From positions 11,914 to 75,913 of the forward strand of contig JANOPQ010000185.1 of the NCBI GenBank assembly GCA_031421935.1: a DNA stretch of 64,000 nt, written 5' to 3'. Position 1 is the first letter of the stretch. Each line of letters begins with the position of its first letter. The position numbers and the translations under genes are program-made. Shown here piece by piece: positions 29,505-39,993 of the stretch. The notes below the pieces were generated by a model, which searched no databases, was not told where the DNA came from, and was given only the letters and a program-made list of their open reading frames with translations. This DNA is from Bacteroidota bacterium. GTDB taxonomy: Bacteria > Bacteroidota > Bacteroidia > AKYH767-A > OLB10.

Positions 29505-30800
29505 ATGTTGAAGAATGTTCGCCGTTCCTTGCAAATTGCAAGTGTAGCCCTATTATTTCTGCTCCCATCTTGTACCGAACCTGATCTAATAGGTCTTGAT
29601 TTACAGCCGGTTTCGGAAACTCCTGGAGTAAGTATTGAAACACTGGAAGTAGAAAGTTTTGTGGTGATGGAAGATTCACTCATTATGTGGAGTCCATTAA
29701 AGAACCTAATTGAGTCGCCAACGCTGTTTATCGGAAGTTATGACGATCCTTATTTGGGAAAAACGCAAGCATCAACTGTCGCTCAAATTCGTTTAGGCAA
29801 TACCATTACAACGACCACTTTCGCAGGAGCCACTACTCCCGATTCGGTGGTGCTAAGTTTTTTGTACAAGGATATTAATGGCGATTCCACTTCCACGCAT
29901 CATATTAGTGTTTATGAGTTGAATCAAAAGTTGTTTAACGATAGTACATATTATTCATCCAGAACTTATGATCGTTTTACTACTACAATAGGTCACGCAG
30001 ATTTAATTCCAACGTTAGATAGCCTTGAATTTAACAGTGTGAAAATAGCTCCGCAATTACGTATTCCAATGGATACTGCCTTTGGTGGAAAATTGATGCG
30101 AGAATATATTAGCAACCCATCCACCTTCGCGAGTAATACAGCATTCACCGATTATTTTAAAGGGATCGTTATGGTGGATAGTGCCGATGGTATGGGAAGT
30201 ATTGTTACACTCACCTCCACTTCCAGTATTCATCTACTTACCATTTATTTCTCAGGTAACAAGAGTTATCAATTTCTAATTGATGCAGGTGCCGTGCGTA
30301 CTAGTTTCTTCAGTCATCAATATCTTTCTGTGAATATGGATAGTTTTCCGGACGATGATTTGGTGGTGGCTTCCATGGCTGGATTAAAAGATAGTTTGGT
30401 AATAAATAATATTGCTTCGCTGTATGATGATGGACCAGTATCCATTAGTTCTGCTCGATTGATATTTCAACTTAAAGATGGATCAGCACCTAATAAATTT
30501 AAAGCGCATACCAATTTGTTGGTTTTTGGAAGTGATGCATCAGGAAATAATGTTGCTACCGCAGATGCGAATGAAACGTCAAGTTATTTTGGTGGATTGT
30601 ATGATGAGACCCAAAATAAGTATACCTTTAATGTTGCTCGTTACGTGCAACAAACATTGAAGAAAGTCGTACAAAATGGAGGAACCGATTACGGTCTTTT
30701 CCTTGTTGCTGGAGGAAGTACTAGCAATGCACGTCGAAGTGTAGTGAAAGGCAGAGGCGCTATTAAACTAATCGTTACTAAAACTAAATTCAACCCTTAA
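29505..30800 (+). CDS. lipoprotein, DUF4270-like (inferred from context)
   Basis: Start at MLKNVRRSLQIASVALLFLLPSC (lipobox). 431 aa. The short-glgA / this gene / glmS order recalls a conserved Bacteroidota arrangement, recalled from memory and not verified. Confidence 0.4.
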   Translation: MLKNVRRSLQIASVALLFLLPSCTEPDLIGLDLQPVSETPGVSIETLEVESFVVMEDSLIMWSPLKNLIESPTLFIGSYDDPYLGKTQASTVAQIRLGNTITTTTFAGATTPDSVVLSFLYKDINGDSTSTHHISVYELNQKLFNDSTYYSSRTYDRFTTTIGHADLIPTLDSLEFNSVKIAPQLRIPMDTAFGGKLMREYISNPSTFASNTAFTDYFKGIVMVDSADGMGSIVTLTSTSSIHLLTIYFSGNKSYQFLIDAGAVRTSFFSHQYLSVNMDSFPDDDLVVASMAGLKDSLVINNIASLYDDGPVSISSARLIFQLKDGSAPNKFKAHTNLLVFGSDASGNNVATADANETSSYFGGLYDETQNKYTFNVARYVQQTLKKVVQNGGTDYGLFLVAGGSTSNARRSVVKGRGAIKLIVTKTKFNP

Positions 30801-30803
30801 GCC

Positions 30804-32639
30804 ATGTGTGGAATTGTTGCCTATATTGGTAAGCAAGATGCTTATCCCATCATCATTAAAGGACTTCAGCGCCTCGAGTATAGAGGGTATGACAGTGCCG
30901 GTGTTGCTTTGTTAAATGGAAGTTTGAATGTATATAAAAAAGCAGGAAAAGTAAGTGATCTTGCTGCTTACGTAAAAGATAAAAATTTGGCAGGTGTCGT
31001 AGGCATGGGGCATACACGTTGGGCTACACATGGTGAGCCAAACGATAGAAATGCGCATCCTCATTTTTCTCAGTCAAAAGATTTTGCAATCATCCACAAT
31101 GGAATTATTGAAAACTATGCATCCATAAAAGCAGAATTAATCAAGCAAGGTCATACTTTCGAGAGTGATACTGACACCGAAGTATTGGTGCATTTGATTG
31201 AAGAAATATATGTGAAGGCAGATGTTGCACTCGAAGAGGCAGTACGTTTAGCATTAGGTGAAGTGGTAGGAGCTTATGCCATTGTTATTTTATCTAAAAA
31301 CGATCCTAATAAATTAATTGCTGCCCGTAAAGGTTCTCCAATCGTAGTTGGAATTGGTAAGGATGAATTTTTTGTTGCTTCCGATGCTACACCCATCGTT
31401 GAGTATACTAAAAACGTTGCATATTTAAACGACGGTGAAGTAGCAGTTATCTCCGATGGAAAACTAACTGTGAAAACCATCGGTAATGAAATTAAAATTC
31501 CGTTTGTTCAAGAATTGGAAATGAAACTCGAGGCACTGGAAAAAGGTGGCTACGAACATTTCATGTTGAAGGAAATTTATGAGCAACCACGCTCCATTGC
31601 TGATAGTATGCGCGGTCGATTTGATAGTCGCAATGGCACATTGAAGTTAGGTGGCTTACGTGAATTCGAGACGAAAATTGTAAATGCGAAACGAATTATT
31701 ATTATTGCTTGTGGTACATCATGGCATGCCGGAATGGTTGCTGAATATTTGATTGAAGATTTAGCGCGGATACCTGTGGAGGTTGAGTATGCTTCCGAAT
31801 TTCGTTACCGCAACCCCGTTATATACGAAGATGATGTGGTCATTGCGATTTCACAGAGTGGAGAGACTGCCGATACTTTAGCAGCAATCGAAATGGCAAA
31901 GTCGAAGGGCGCAACTATTTTTGGAGTATGTAATGTCGTAGGATCAAGTATTCCACGCGCAACACATGCGGGTTCTTATACACATGCGGGACCTGAAATT
32001 GGAGTGGCTTCTACCAAAGCATTTACAGCGCAAGTAACGGTGCTCACTTTATTAGCATTACAAATTGCACACAAACGTGGATCCATTGCTGAATCACGCT
32101 TCCGTCAAATATTAAATGAGCTTGAAGCCATTCCACAGAAAGTAGAAAAAGCTTTGCAGTCGAATGATAAAATTTTAGCCATCGCTCAAGAGTATAAAAA
32201 CGCTAGAAATTTCTTATACTTAGGTAGAGGATATGGATTTCCAGTAGCATTAGAAGGCGCTTTGAAGTTGAAAGAGATTTCATACATCCATGCTGAAGGT
32301 TATCCTGCTGCAGAGATGAAGCATGGTCCCATTGCTTTGATAGATGCAGAAATGCCTGTCGTAGTGATTGCAACCAAGCACGGATCTTATGAGAAGGTGG
32401 TGAGCAATATTCAGGAAGTGAGAGCACGTAAAGGAAAAATTATTGCCATCGTAACAGAGGGGGATACACAAGTGAAGGAACTTGCCGATTACGTTATAGA
32501 AATTCCAGAGACGGATGAGATTTTAGTTCCTTTAGTGAGCGTTGTTCCATTACAACTCTTAGCATATCATATTGCGGTATTGCGTGGATGTAATGTAGAT
32601 CAGCCACGAAATTTGGCGAAGAGTGTAACAGTGGAGTAA
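30804..32639 (+). CDS. glmS: glutamine--fructose-6-phosphate aminotransferase
   Basis: MCGIVAYIG N-terminal nucleophile, two SIS domains, C-terminal ...VE. Confidence 0.95.
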   Translation: MCGIVAYIGKQDAYPIIIKGLQRLEYRGYDSAGVALLNGSLNVYKKAGKVSDLAAYVKDKNLAGVVGMGHTRWATHGEPNDRNAHPHFSQSKDFAIIHNGIIENYASIKAELIKQGHTFESDTDTEVLVHLIEEIYVKADVALEEAVRLALGEVVGAYAIVILSKNDPNKLIAARKGSPIVVGIGKDEFFVASDATPIVEYTKNVAYLNDGEVAVISDGKLTVKTIGNEIKIPFVQELEMKLEALEKGGYEHFMLKEIYEQPRSIADSMRGRFDSRNGTLKLGGLREFETKIVNAKRIIIIACGTSWHAGMVAEYLIEDLARIPVEVEYASEFRYRNPVIYEDDVVIAISQSGETADTLAAIEMAKSKGATIFGVCNVVGSSIPRATHAGSYTHAGPEIGVASTKAFTAQVTVLTLLALQIAHKRGSIAESRFRQILNELEAIPQKVEKALQSNDKILAIAQEYKNARNFLYLGRGYGFPVALEGALKLKEISYIHAEGYPAAEMKHGPIALIDAEMPVVVIATKHGSYEKVVSNIQEVRARKGKIIAIVTEGDTQVKELADYVIEIPETDEILVPLVSVVPLQLLAYHIAVLRGCNVDQPRNLAKSVTVE

Positions 32640-32664
32640 AAGTGTTGTTTGACTATAGAGATTT

Positions 32665-33321
32665 ATGAAAAAAATACTTGCTTACTCTGGTGATCAAGAT
32701 TCATTAGGAAATTCATTTCGGATAAAACGTTTTAAGTTTCTTGCGGCTAAATTGGAAAAATTTTCAAAGCCTATTTCCATTCTAGACGTTGGCGGAACCG
32801 TGAAATATTGGGAGGCTAGAGGGTTTCAAAATAATAATGATTATAAGATAACCATCATTAATATTGAACCTTCTGATTCACCTTATTCGAATATCGAAGT
32901 GTTTAAGGGCGATGCTACCAACCTTTCTAATTTTCAGGATAAATCTTTCGACCTATCGTTTAGTAATTCAGTAATCGAACATTTAACACATGTAGAGAAA
33001 CAAGTGATGATGGCTAATGAAATAGTCCGATTAGGTAAGTATTATTTTGTTCAAACTCCGAATCGTTATTTTCCTATTGAACCACATTTCCTTTTTCCAT
33101 TTTTTCAGTTTCTTCCTTACTCAGTAAAGTATTTTATTCTCACCAAAACAAAATTGAGTAGAGGCCGTAAACGTACGCCAGAAAGAGCAGCAACCTATAT
33201 CAAGGAAATTCGATTGCTTACTACATCCGAAATGTTGAAGTTATTTCCTGGTTGTAAAGTGTACTTTGAAAAAGTAGCAGGGTTGGTTAAATCAATTACT
33301 GTACATAATTTGCCAGATTAA
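32665..33321 (+). CDS. class I SAM-dependent methyltransferase-like protein
   Basis: ILDVGGTVKYW (motif I-like, GxG) and acidic motif II. Weak call. Confidence 0.45.
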   Translation: MKKILAYSGDQDSLGNSFRIKRFKFLAAKLEKFSKPISILDVGGTVKYWEARGFQNNNDYKITIINIEPSDSPYSNIEVFKGDATNLSNFQDKSFDLSFSNSVIEHLTHVEKQVMMANEIVRLGKYYFVQTPNRYFPIEPHFLFPFFQFLPYSVKYFILTKTKLSRGRKRTPERAATYIKEIRLLTTSEMLKLFPGCKVYFEKVAGLVKSITVHNLPD

Positions 33322-33336
33322 ATACATCCCTAAAAT

Positions 33337-34509
33337 TTAGTGTAATAAATCCGAAAATTGTTTGCCGATAGTAATCGGGTTAAATCTGTTTTCAATACTT
33401 TTCAATGCGGCAGCACTAAGTGTGTGGCTTAGATTTGGGTTATTGATGAGCAAACTTATTTTTTGTGCAAGCTCCTGTGTATTTTCCGACTGAAAGAGAA
33501 GTCCATTTTCTTCCGATGTAATTATTTCGGCGTTTGGGGATAGGTCAGAGGCAATAATCGTTTTTGGAAAGCTCATCGCCATCAATAAGACGCCACTTTG
33601 GTAAATGCGCGTATATGGCAAAATTACTGCATGGGAAATTGAAAATAAGTAATCGCGCTCTTCATCGGTGATATGTCGAATGATAGGGATTACTCGGTCT
33701 TTTATATTGAGTACTGTAATGATTTCTTCATAGCGTTCCCAATTTTCGTCACGTACTCTTCCTGCAATGATAACTTTGAATTTTGAAGAAGTTTGGGTGA
33801 TTGCTTCCAATAAAATATCTAATCCTTTCACCTTTTTAATTTGTCCAAAAAACAAGAAAATCGGTGTTTTTTCTTTCAAACAAATTTGTATAGCGGGATG
33901 AAGTTGTAATGGAAGTTCGCTATTCGTTTTCAATTTCTCCAATGCCTCTGGTGCATCATGATACGTACTAAATAAATGACGGAAGTGCACGTGCGGAATA
34001 ACATGCGTCGATTTTTCCAAGGTAGGAGGTAATGATTTTAGTAACTCCTTTTTGCAAAAATCATTATGTACGATGCGCATATGTGGTAATTTTCCAATCA
34101 CGGTCTTTCTCACGAAGGGCAAGGTAATCGTATCTAAACTTTCGATATCATGTACGATAGCGCAGAGTTGAAAACCCATCAGGCGCGTGATACCAAACGT
34201 TACTAAGTCAAATATTCCTGCTCTGAAAACGTGAACAATAATCCAATCGCATTGATTTTCTTTACACTTACGAAGAGCTTTAATAAATCCAAAAAAATTA
34301 CTTGAGATGGCTTTTATTTTGGATACCCCAGTATTTAAAAAAACATGGTTTATATTTACGACATGAGCAGATAGCGTGAAGTTGGAATATAAATCAACAC
34401 GACAAGTATCACTTTGTATTCCTGAAAGCAATAATAAATCATAATGATCCATACCAGCTTTTATGCCAACGGGATCGATAAGTGCTATGCGTTTCCTTTT
34501 TTTCTCCAC
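33337..34509 (-). CDS. glycosyltransferase family 4 (GT-B)
   Basis: C-terminal EX7E-like region (SDLSPNAEIITSEENGLLF) and overall GT4 layout. Confidence 0.65.
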   Translation of the reverse strand: MEKKRKRIALIDPVGIKAGMDHYDLLLLSGIQSDTCRVDLYSNFTLSAHVVNINHVFLNTGVSKIKAISSNFFGFIKALRKCKENQCDWIIVHVFRAGIFDLVTFGITRLMGFQLCAIVHDIESLDTITLPFVRKTVIGKLPHMRIVHNDFCKKELLKSLPPTLEKSTHVIPHVHFRHLFSTYHDAPEALEKLKTNSELPLQLHPAIQICLKEKTPIFLFFGQIKKVKGLDILLEAITQTSSKFKVIIAGRVRDENWERYEEIITVLNIKDRVIPIIRHITDEERDYLFSISHAVILPYTRIYQSGVLLMAMSFPKTIIASDLSPNAEIITSEENGLLFQSENTQELAQKISLLINNPNLSHTLSAAALKSIENRFNPITIGKQFSDLLH

Positions 34510-34563
34510 TATTAAAATTAAATCAAGTAACCAATTTCGAAATCTTCAATCTATTGTGTCAAC

Positions 34564-35751
34564 TTAATTTTTATTTAATTTGAAATAATTGACCATCATT
34601 TTCCATCCTTCTGTTTCTTTTCCTACATATTCAATTTTCCATTCTTTGGAATCTCCTTTTTTGTTTACTACATCATAATAGGGATCCCAGAAATCGGTGT
34701 CACATTGAAACCCATACATGGCCCATGCCCATTTGTTTTCATCTATGATGTCAACAACATCTTTCAGCCAAACGTTTCCTCCATCCGACCATTTGATACT
34801 TTGAAATTCTCCTACAAAAATAAGATTTCCTGTCTTCGCTTCAAATGCTTTTAGCTTGGCAAGTTTTTCTCTAAGTACTTTTTTATCCCAAAAAACTTGA
34901 TCTACAAATCCAGGATATTTTAAACCGCGTGGTCGTTTTTTTACACCTTGATGTGTAAAGGGATCAGGAAGATACATGTGTACTCCGTAGATTAATTTTT
35001 TGTCCTTAATGTCATACCCATCAAACTTATTGTAGTTGTTTGGTTTGCCCCATGGACCAGGTGTTAAAAGGAAGTAGCGTTGTGTATCGTATTTTCTTAT
35101 GGTTAACAAAATCCTTTTGTAAAAGTCCTCAATATTATCAGGACTTTTCATTCTTCCAAGGGATTCAACAGCGGGTTCCCCAATTACTTCGTACGCGGTG
35201 AGTTCAGTCCCTCTGTCTTGATATCTTTTTACAATGATATCTACCAAATTAATGGCACTATCTACTAAGCTTTTATTTTGCCAGAAATCAGGATGCTTAT
35301 CATCAATATCTGAATTTGGATCAAGATTAAGATTGTTAAATGCAATCATGCAAGTAATACCCTGACTCTTTGCAACATCCAAAATACTATCTGTCCAATT
35401 CAATTCTTTGTAAAACGCAAGCGTTGGATTGATTTTCTCCCGCTTAGCCCTTTTATCTCCTTTGATGAAAATTCTAACAAAATTTACATGTATAGATTTT
35501 AGATAAACAAGATCTTCAGGCTTTGTTTTTTTAGACTCGACTGAAACGCCTCTCCATGGCCAGTTAATCGGTAAATCTTTTTGTTGAGTTTCAACTTCTA
35601 GAACGTTGGGTGGTGAGCCCTGATCTGAGTCGACAGATACTTTATTGTCTGATAGGATGGGAACCTCGCTGTTGGTTTTCTTTGCTTCTTGATTGCATGA
35701 ATTTTGCATGTTTAGAACACATAGACTTAAAAGAAGAATTACTTTAATCAT
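34564..35751 (-). CDS. secreted glycoside hydrolase, GH5-like
   Basis: Signal peptide. (beta/alpha)8-type pattern with a candidate acid/base VIGEPAV and nucleophile FVGEFQ. Embedded in the glycan-biosynthesis cluster. Confidence 0.45.
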   Translation of the reverse strand: MIKVILLLSLCVLNMQNSCNQEAKKTNSEVPILSDNKVSVDSDQGSPPNVLEVETQQKDLPINWPWRGVSVESKKTKPEDLVYLKSIHVNFVRIFIKGDKRAKREKINPTLAFYKELNWTDSILDVAKSQGITCMIAFNNLNLDPNSDIDDKHPDFWQNKSLVDSAINLVDIIVKRYQDRGTELTAYEVIGEPAVESLGRMKSPDNIEDFYKRILLTIRKYDTQRYFLLTPGPWGKPNNYNKFDGYDIKDKKLIYGVHMYLPDPFTHQGVKKRPRGLKYPGFVDQVFWDKKVLREKLAKLKAFEAKTGNLIFVGEFQSIKWSDGGNVWLKDVVDIIDENKWAWAMYGFQCDTDFWDPYYDVVNKKGDSKEWKIEYVGKETEGWKMMVNYFKLNKN

Positions 35752-35901
35752 AATAGTGGTTTTAAATTTAAATTAAAATTAAAATAGAAGTAAATTATAC
35801 TTCTAGTATTGTAAAGTTACTAAATTATTTCATTGAAAGTATGATTTAATCTCTATTTTAAATTGAATTCTAGCTAAAAGGTGGACTGAAAAGTACTTAT
35901 T

Positions 35902-37179
35902 CTATTTTGAAGACACTATTTCGTTTCGAAAAGGGTATACATAAAATCTATAATAGTAAATGACCCCAATAAAGAATGCGGGTGTTCCAATAAACTTAAT
36001 GTTATTCGCTGCACTTTGCATGTCAAGGAAAATAAATAGGAGGGTGTAGATACAAGTTAATATAAAGGAGTCGTTAATTTTTTTCATCTGTAAAACCCAT
36101 ATAAAACAGGCAATATAAGGGATGTAATAAAAGAGTGTCCCAATAACACCAAATACATAAAGGTTGCCAAGTATTCCGATATCTGCAGGGTAAAAATAAC
36201 GATGAAATTGTAAATATCCACCATTCCACTGCGAGCTAAGAAAGCCATTTCCTAGCCAAGGATGTTCACTAATCCCTTTTAATGCTACCTCAGCTTCATA
36301 ATACCTGATATTTGTCGAATACTCGGTGGTTTGGTCTCCAGTGAAAATCGTAAACGCATTTCCAAATAGTTCTGAATAATGCTCAATGAATTCTGGAGCG
36401 AATAATTGTAGAAGCACAAGCACTGAACTAATAAATAAAATACCGATTATTGAGTATAAAAATATTTTAGTGACTTTTAGATATTTAAAATAAAAAAGAA
36501 GTAATACGAAGACAAGAATTAAAATTTGTGATCGGTCTTGTCCATAAATCAGGAAGAAGGTAAAGGACAAAAGTACCGTTATTAAATGTCTTGATTTGTT
36601 ATCTTTTAAGAAGGTAATAGCAGCATAAATCAAAAGGCCAGCAGTGGCTCCATTAGGAAATTCGTAAATCCACCCTTTGTAACCGGTTAGTTTTACGAAC
36701 TCTGTTCCAGAAAAGATAGAGGGATCTACAAAAACGTAAAAAAAGTACATAATGAAAAGTATAATGTACATTGAATATACAAAGTATTTTTCCAATTGAT
36801 CTAAATTTATCCAGTTTCGTTTTAGTGAAACTACTACGCCAATTGCACCTAATATATAGTAGTGATATCGTTGTGAAAGCAATCCATAAGTGTAGGGCTG
36901 ATTAAAAACAAGTTGTGCTTGTGCAGCATTGATAAAAGGATAAATCAACAGGGCAATCAGTATCATAAACAAAAGATTGAGCTTCCCATTCATAAGCTGT
37001 CTAGTGGTATCATATAAAAAGATAGTCACCAATATCAACAGAAACAGTATGGACAGAAATTCATTGACTATGCCCATTGGTATTCTTGAAATCACTCTAA
37101 AGCAAACCATAAAATACAAGAAAGAAAAAAATATCAGCAATATTTTTTTGGTGAGGGATATTATTTTAGGGACAATCAT
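35902..37179 (-). CDS. Wzy-like O-antigen/EPS polymerase or ligase-family membrane protein
   Basis: 425 aa, about 11 TM helices with a large periplasmic loop. Position between sulfotransferases and the GH5-like gene. Confidence 0.45.
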   Translation of the reverse strand: MIVPKIISLTKKILLIFFSFLYFMVCFRVISRIPMGIVNEFLSILFLLILVTIFLYDTTRQLMNGKLNLLFMILIALLIYPFINAAQAQLVFNQPYTYGLLSQRYHYYILGAIGVVVSLKRNWINLDQLEKYFVYSMYIILFIMYFFYVFVDPSIFSGTEFVKLTGYKGWIYEFPNGATAGLLIYAAITFLKDNKSRHLITVLLSFTFFLIYGQDRSQILILVFVLLLFYFKYLKVTKIFLYSIIGILFISSVLVLLQLFAPEFIEHYSELFGNAFTIFTGDQTTEYSTNIRYYEAEVALKGISEHPWLGNGFLSSQWNGGYLQFHRYFYPADIGILGNLYVFGVIGTLFYYIPYIACFIWVLQMKKINDSFILTCIYTLLFIFLDMQSAANNIKFIGTPAFFIGVIYYYRFYVYPFRNEIVSSK

Positions 37180-37189
37180 TTAAAGCAAT

Positions 37190-38068
37190 TTATTTGCACC
37201 AATGTGAAAGGTTGGCACCAGTGATTTTTTCTATCTCTTGAATTTCTGGTTTGTATAAATCATTAAGAAATTCTTTGGTAGAACGGGTCATCGTCGGAAG
37301 ATTGTTTTTGGAAAACAATTTTGATTTTAGTTGACCCCTTTTTTTTTGATCTAAGAAAAGGGAAACAAACTTTCGAAATTGTTCCTGTTTGTAGAGCCAT
37401 CTCACTAAGGGTGATTTTGCGCTAGTTGTTACATTTCTTTGCTCTAAATTCCCTGTTGAACTTGTATGGTTTATACCAAGAAATTGAGAGAGTCTTTTTA
37501 ATTCTTTATCCGGATTCGCAATTAAATGGTCATGAATGAATATTAATAGTTGATCTTTTGGAAAGACTGATAGGAATCTTTTAATTTGTTCAGGATAATG
37601 ACTAAGTCGAATATATTGTTGATAGTATAGTTTCAGCTTCTCATCTTTTTCTCCTTCAAAAACAATTTTGTCAAATGGTACTGTGACCAAATTTAAACTG
37701 TAATCCATGAGGTAGTGAGAGAAAGCTCTCTGCACAGGATCACGTAATGAAATTATAATTTTCGACTTTGGGTTAAATTGATGTATTTTTTCTGCAACCC
37801 CAGGATAAAATAAATAGGAAACACTACATTCTCCAGCAATTAAATTACCTTCCTTTGCTTGGAAAAGCTGAAGATATTCATCTTGTGTTGTTACGTTTTT
37901 CTTTTTATAATATAATGCTTGTGCTTCAATTTGTTCTTTAGAGAAATAATTAGGCTCTTTATCTGAACTCATACATACCTGAGGATGATTGGATAGATAG
38001 GCATATAATGCAGTAGTGCCAGCTTTAGGCGAACCTATAATAAAGAAATCAGGTTTGATCTGTTTCAT
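37190..38068 (-). CDS. PAPS-dependent sulfotransferase (paralog 1 of 4)
   Basis: 5'-PSB motif GSPKAGTTAL and 3'-PB region ISLRDPVQRAFSHY. Confidence 0.75.
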   Translation of the reverse strand: MKQIKPDFFIIGSPKAGTTALYAYLSNHPQVCMSSDKEPNYFSKEQIEAQALYYKKKNVTTQDEYLQLFQAKEGNLIAGECSVSYLFYPGVAEKIHQFNPKSKIIISLRDPVQRAFSHYLMDYSLNLVTVPFDKIVFEGEKDEKLKLYYQQYIRLSHYPEQIKRFLSVFPKDQLLIFIHDHLIANPDKELKRLSQFLGINHTSSTGNLEQRNVTTSAKSPLVRWLYKQEQFRKFVSLFLDQKKRGQLKSKLFSKNNLPTMTRSTKEFLNDLYKPEIQEIEKITGANLSHWCK

Positions 38069-38076
38069 ACATAAAC

Positions 38077-39048
38077 TTACTTAATAACTAACCAATGCGA
38101 AAGATCGCGGTCTAGTTCTTTACTTAATGCTTCAATTTCATTCGCAAAAATCGAATTTAACCATTTTCGGTCTTCTATGTTCATTTTTTCTTGACCATCC
38201 TTCTTGAAGAATAAAGCCTTTACCCTAGGTTGTATGGAATTAGGAAGAACTCGAAATATTTTTCTCTTCAATCCTATTTGTGTTAGAAAGTGTATAAATT
38301 TAATGTTCTTTGGAACTTTGGCTTCATTGTGTTTTTCTTTAAAGTTGATATTTATTTCTGAATCTAAATTCAGAAACTCGAACACGTCTTTTATTACTTT
38401 TGGTGTGTTTGCTTTTAAATCATCTAAGAGAAGTATCTTAAACTGATCTGGACCAAAATTTCTTTTGAAGCGTTTAATCTGTTCGTTATACATTCCCAAT
38501 TCAATATATAAATGTGATTTGCCCCATCCCTTATTCGGTTTCAAAATATCTTGCTCTAGTTCTTTTTTGAAAGGCAAAACAGCACGACCATCTCGTATGT
38601 TTGCTAAATAGTGAGAGTAAGCTCTATCAACTGGATTTCGAAGTATAGCGATCAATTTTACCTCAGGTAATGTTGATTTAATATTTTCGGACGCTACTTT
38701 ACTATAAAGATATGAGTTGCTTATCTCTCCAATTCGCTTCTTTCCTTCAGCAAATTTAAATAATAGTTTGTAATCTTCTTCTAACTGTACATAGGCTCCC
38801 CATTGATCCTCTTTCATATCGCCACGCACATATTTCGATACGTTTAGATTTTTCATTTTTTCGTGGTGTTTATATTCCGGACTAAACTCTTCTGGATGGA
38901 TATCATTGGAAAAATAATTCGGTTCCTTAATTGGACTCATATACACATCTTTGTGCTGTTTCAGATAATGATAAAGGGAAGTAGTCCCACATTTCGCAGC
39001 TCCAACCACCAAAAAATTGGGTAGTATATTTGTATTTATTTCAACCAT
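38077..39048 (-). CDS. PAPS-dependent sulfotransferase (paralog 2 of 4)
   Basis: GAAKCGTTSL and ILRNPVDRAYSHY motifs. Confidence 0.75.
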   Translation of the reverse strand: MVEINTNILPNFLVVGAAKCGTTSLYHYLKQHKDVYMSPIKEPNYFSNDIHPEEFSPEYKHHEKMKNLNVSKYVRGDMKEDQWGAYVQLEEDYKLLFKFAEGKKRIGEISNSYLYSKVASENIKSTLPEVKLIAILRNPVDRAYSHYLANIRDGRAVLPFKKELEQDILKPNKGWGKSHLYIELGMYNEQIKRFKRNFGPDQFKILLLDDLKANTPKVIKDVFEFLNLDSEININFKEKHNEAKVPKNIKFIHFLTQIGLKRKIFRVLPNSIQPRVKALFFKKDGQEKMNIEDRKWLNSIFANEIEALSKELDRDLSHWLVIK

Positions 39049-39989
39049 TCGCTTAGATCTCTATTTATTAATTTTGATAATTGTAAGACATCTTCCTTCA
39101 ATAGAATTTTTATTTCTTGAAGAACTTCTTCGTCTTTTTTATTGATTTCCGATTTTTTATAAAGGATTTTTAAGATGTTTTTTTTCAACTTAGTATGTTC
39201 CAACAAATTTCTTGCTTTAATTCTAATAAAATCTGATTTTAAAAGAAGTGAAGTTAACTTGTTTGAGGGTACAACAGATTCGTTTTTAAATTCAGGTTCG
39301 TTCGGAACAAAGTCATCTTTTACATGTAGAAATTGGAATAAAGTCTTTATTGTCTCCTCTTTATTTTTGTATAGATCTTTTTGAAGTAATACCAGAACAT
39401 TTTCTTTTGGAAAAACATCAAGATATCTTTTTACTTGCAAGTAATATTGACCAAGCTCTAAGTAGAGAGAGCTGCTTCCCCAACCTTTAGGATCAGCTAT
39501 TTTGTCTTTTTCTAGGGCTTCACTAAAAGAGTCTTGGGTAAACCCAAGTTTAAGATCCATCTTATAGTGTGAATAAGCCCTGCTTGAAGGTTCACGTAGA
39601 ATGATAATTATTTTTGCTTTCTGGTTAAACTCGAAAATAGCTTTAGCTGCAACTTCTGAGTAGAGGTAGGAGGGACTTGCTTCACCTTTAATTTGTCTGG
39701 GACCTGCAGGTGTAAACAGCTGAAGATATTGATGCAAATCCCTAATGTATGCCCGGTGAATAGTGCGCTTCATTCCATTTTTGAAAAACTGATCAATATT
39801 TTCGGCCTTTATTCTGTTTTTAACACTTTGTCTTAAATTTTCTAAATTGATATCCGTGGAAAAAAAATTAGGTTCTTTAATGGGTGCCATATAAATTTCA
39901 GGATGCTGATTCAAATAATGAAAAAGCGAGGTGGTTCCTGACTTAGCAGCCCCTACAATGAAAAAATTCGGTTGGTTAGTTTCAATCAT
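39036..39989 (-). CDS. PAPS-dependent sulfotransferase (paralog 3 of 4)
   Basis: GAAKSGTTSL and ILREPSSRAYSHY motifs. Confidence 0.75.
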   Translation of the reverse strand: MIETNQPNFFIVGAAKSGTTSLFHYLNQHPEIYMAPIKEPNFFSTDINLENLRQSVKNRIKAENIDQFFKNGMKRTIHRAYIRDLHQYLQLFTPAGPRQIKGEASPSYLYSEVAAKAIFEFNQKAKIIIILREPSSRAYSHYKMDLKLGFTQDSFSEALEKDKIADPKGWGSSSLYLELGQYYLQVKRYLDVFPKENVLVLLQKDLYKNKEETIKTLFQFLHVKDDFVPNEPEFKNESVVPSNKLTSLLLKSDFIRIKARNLLEHTKLKKNILKILYKKSEINKKDEEVLQEIKILLKEDVLQLSKLINRDLSEWLK

Positions 39990-39993
39990 ATCT

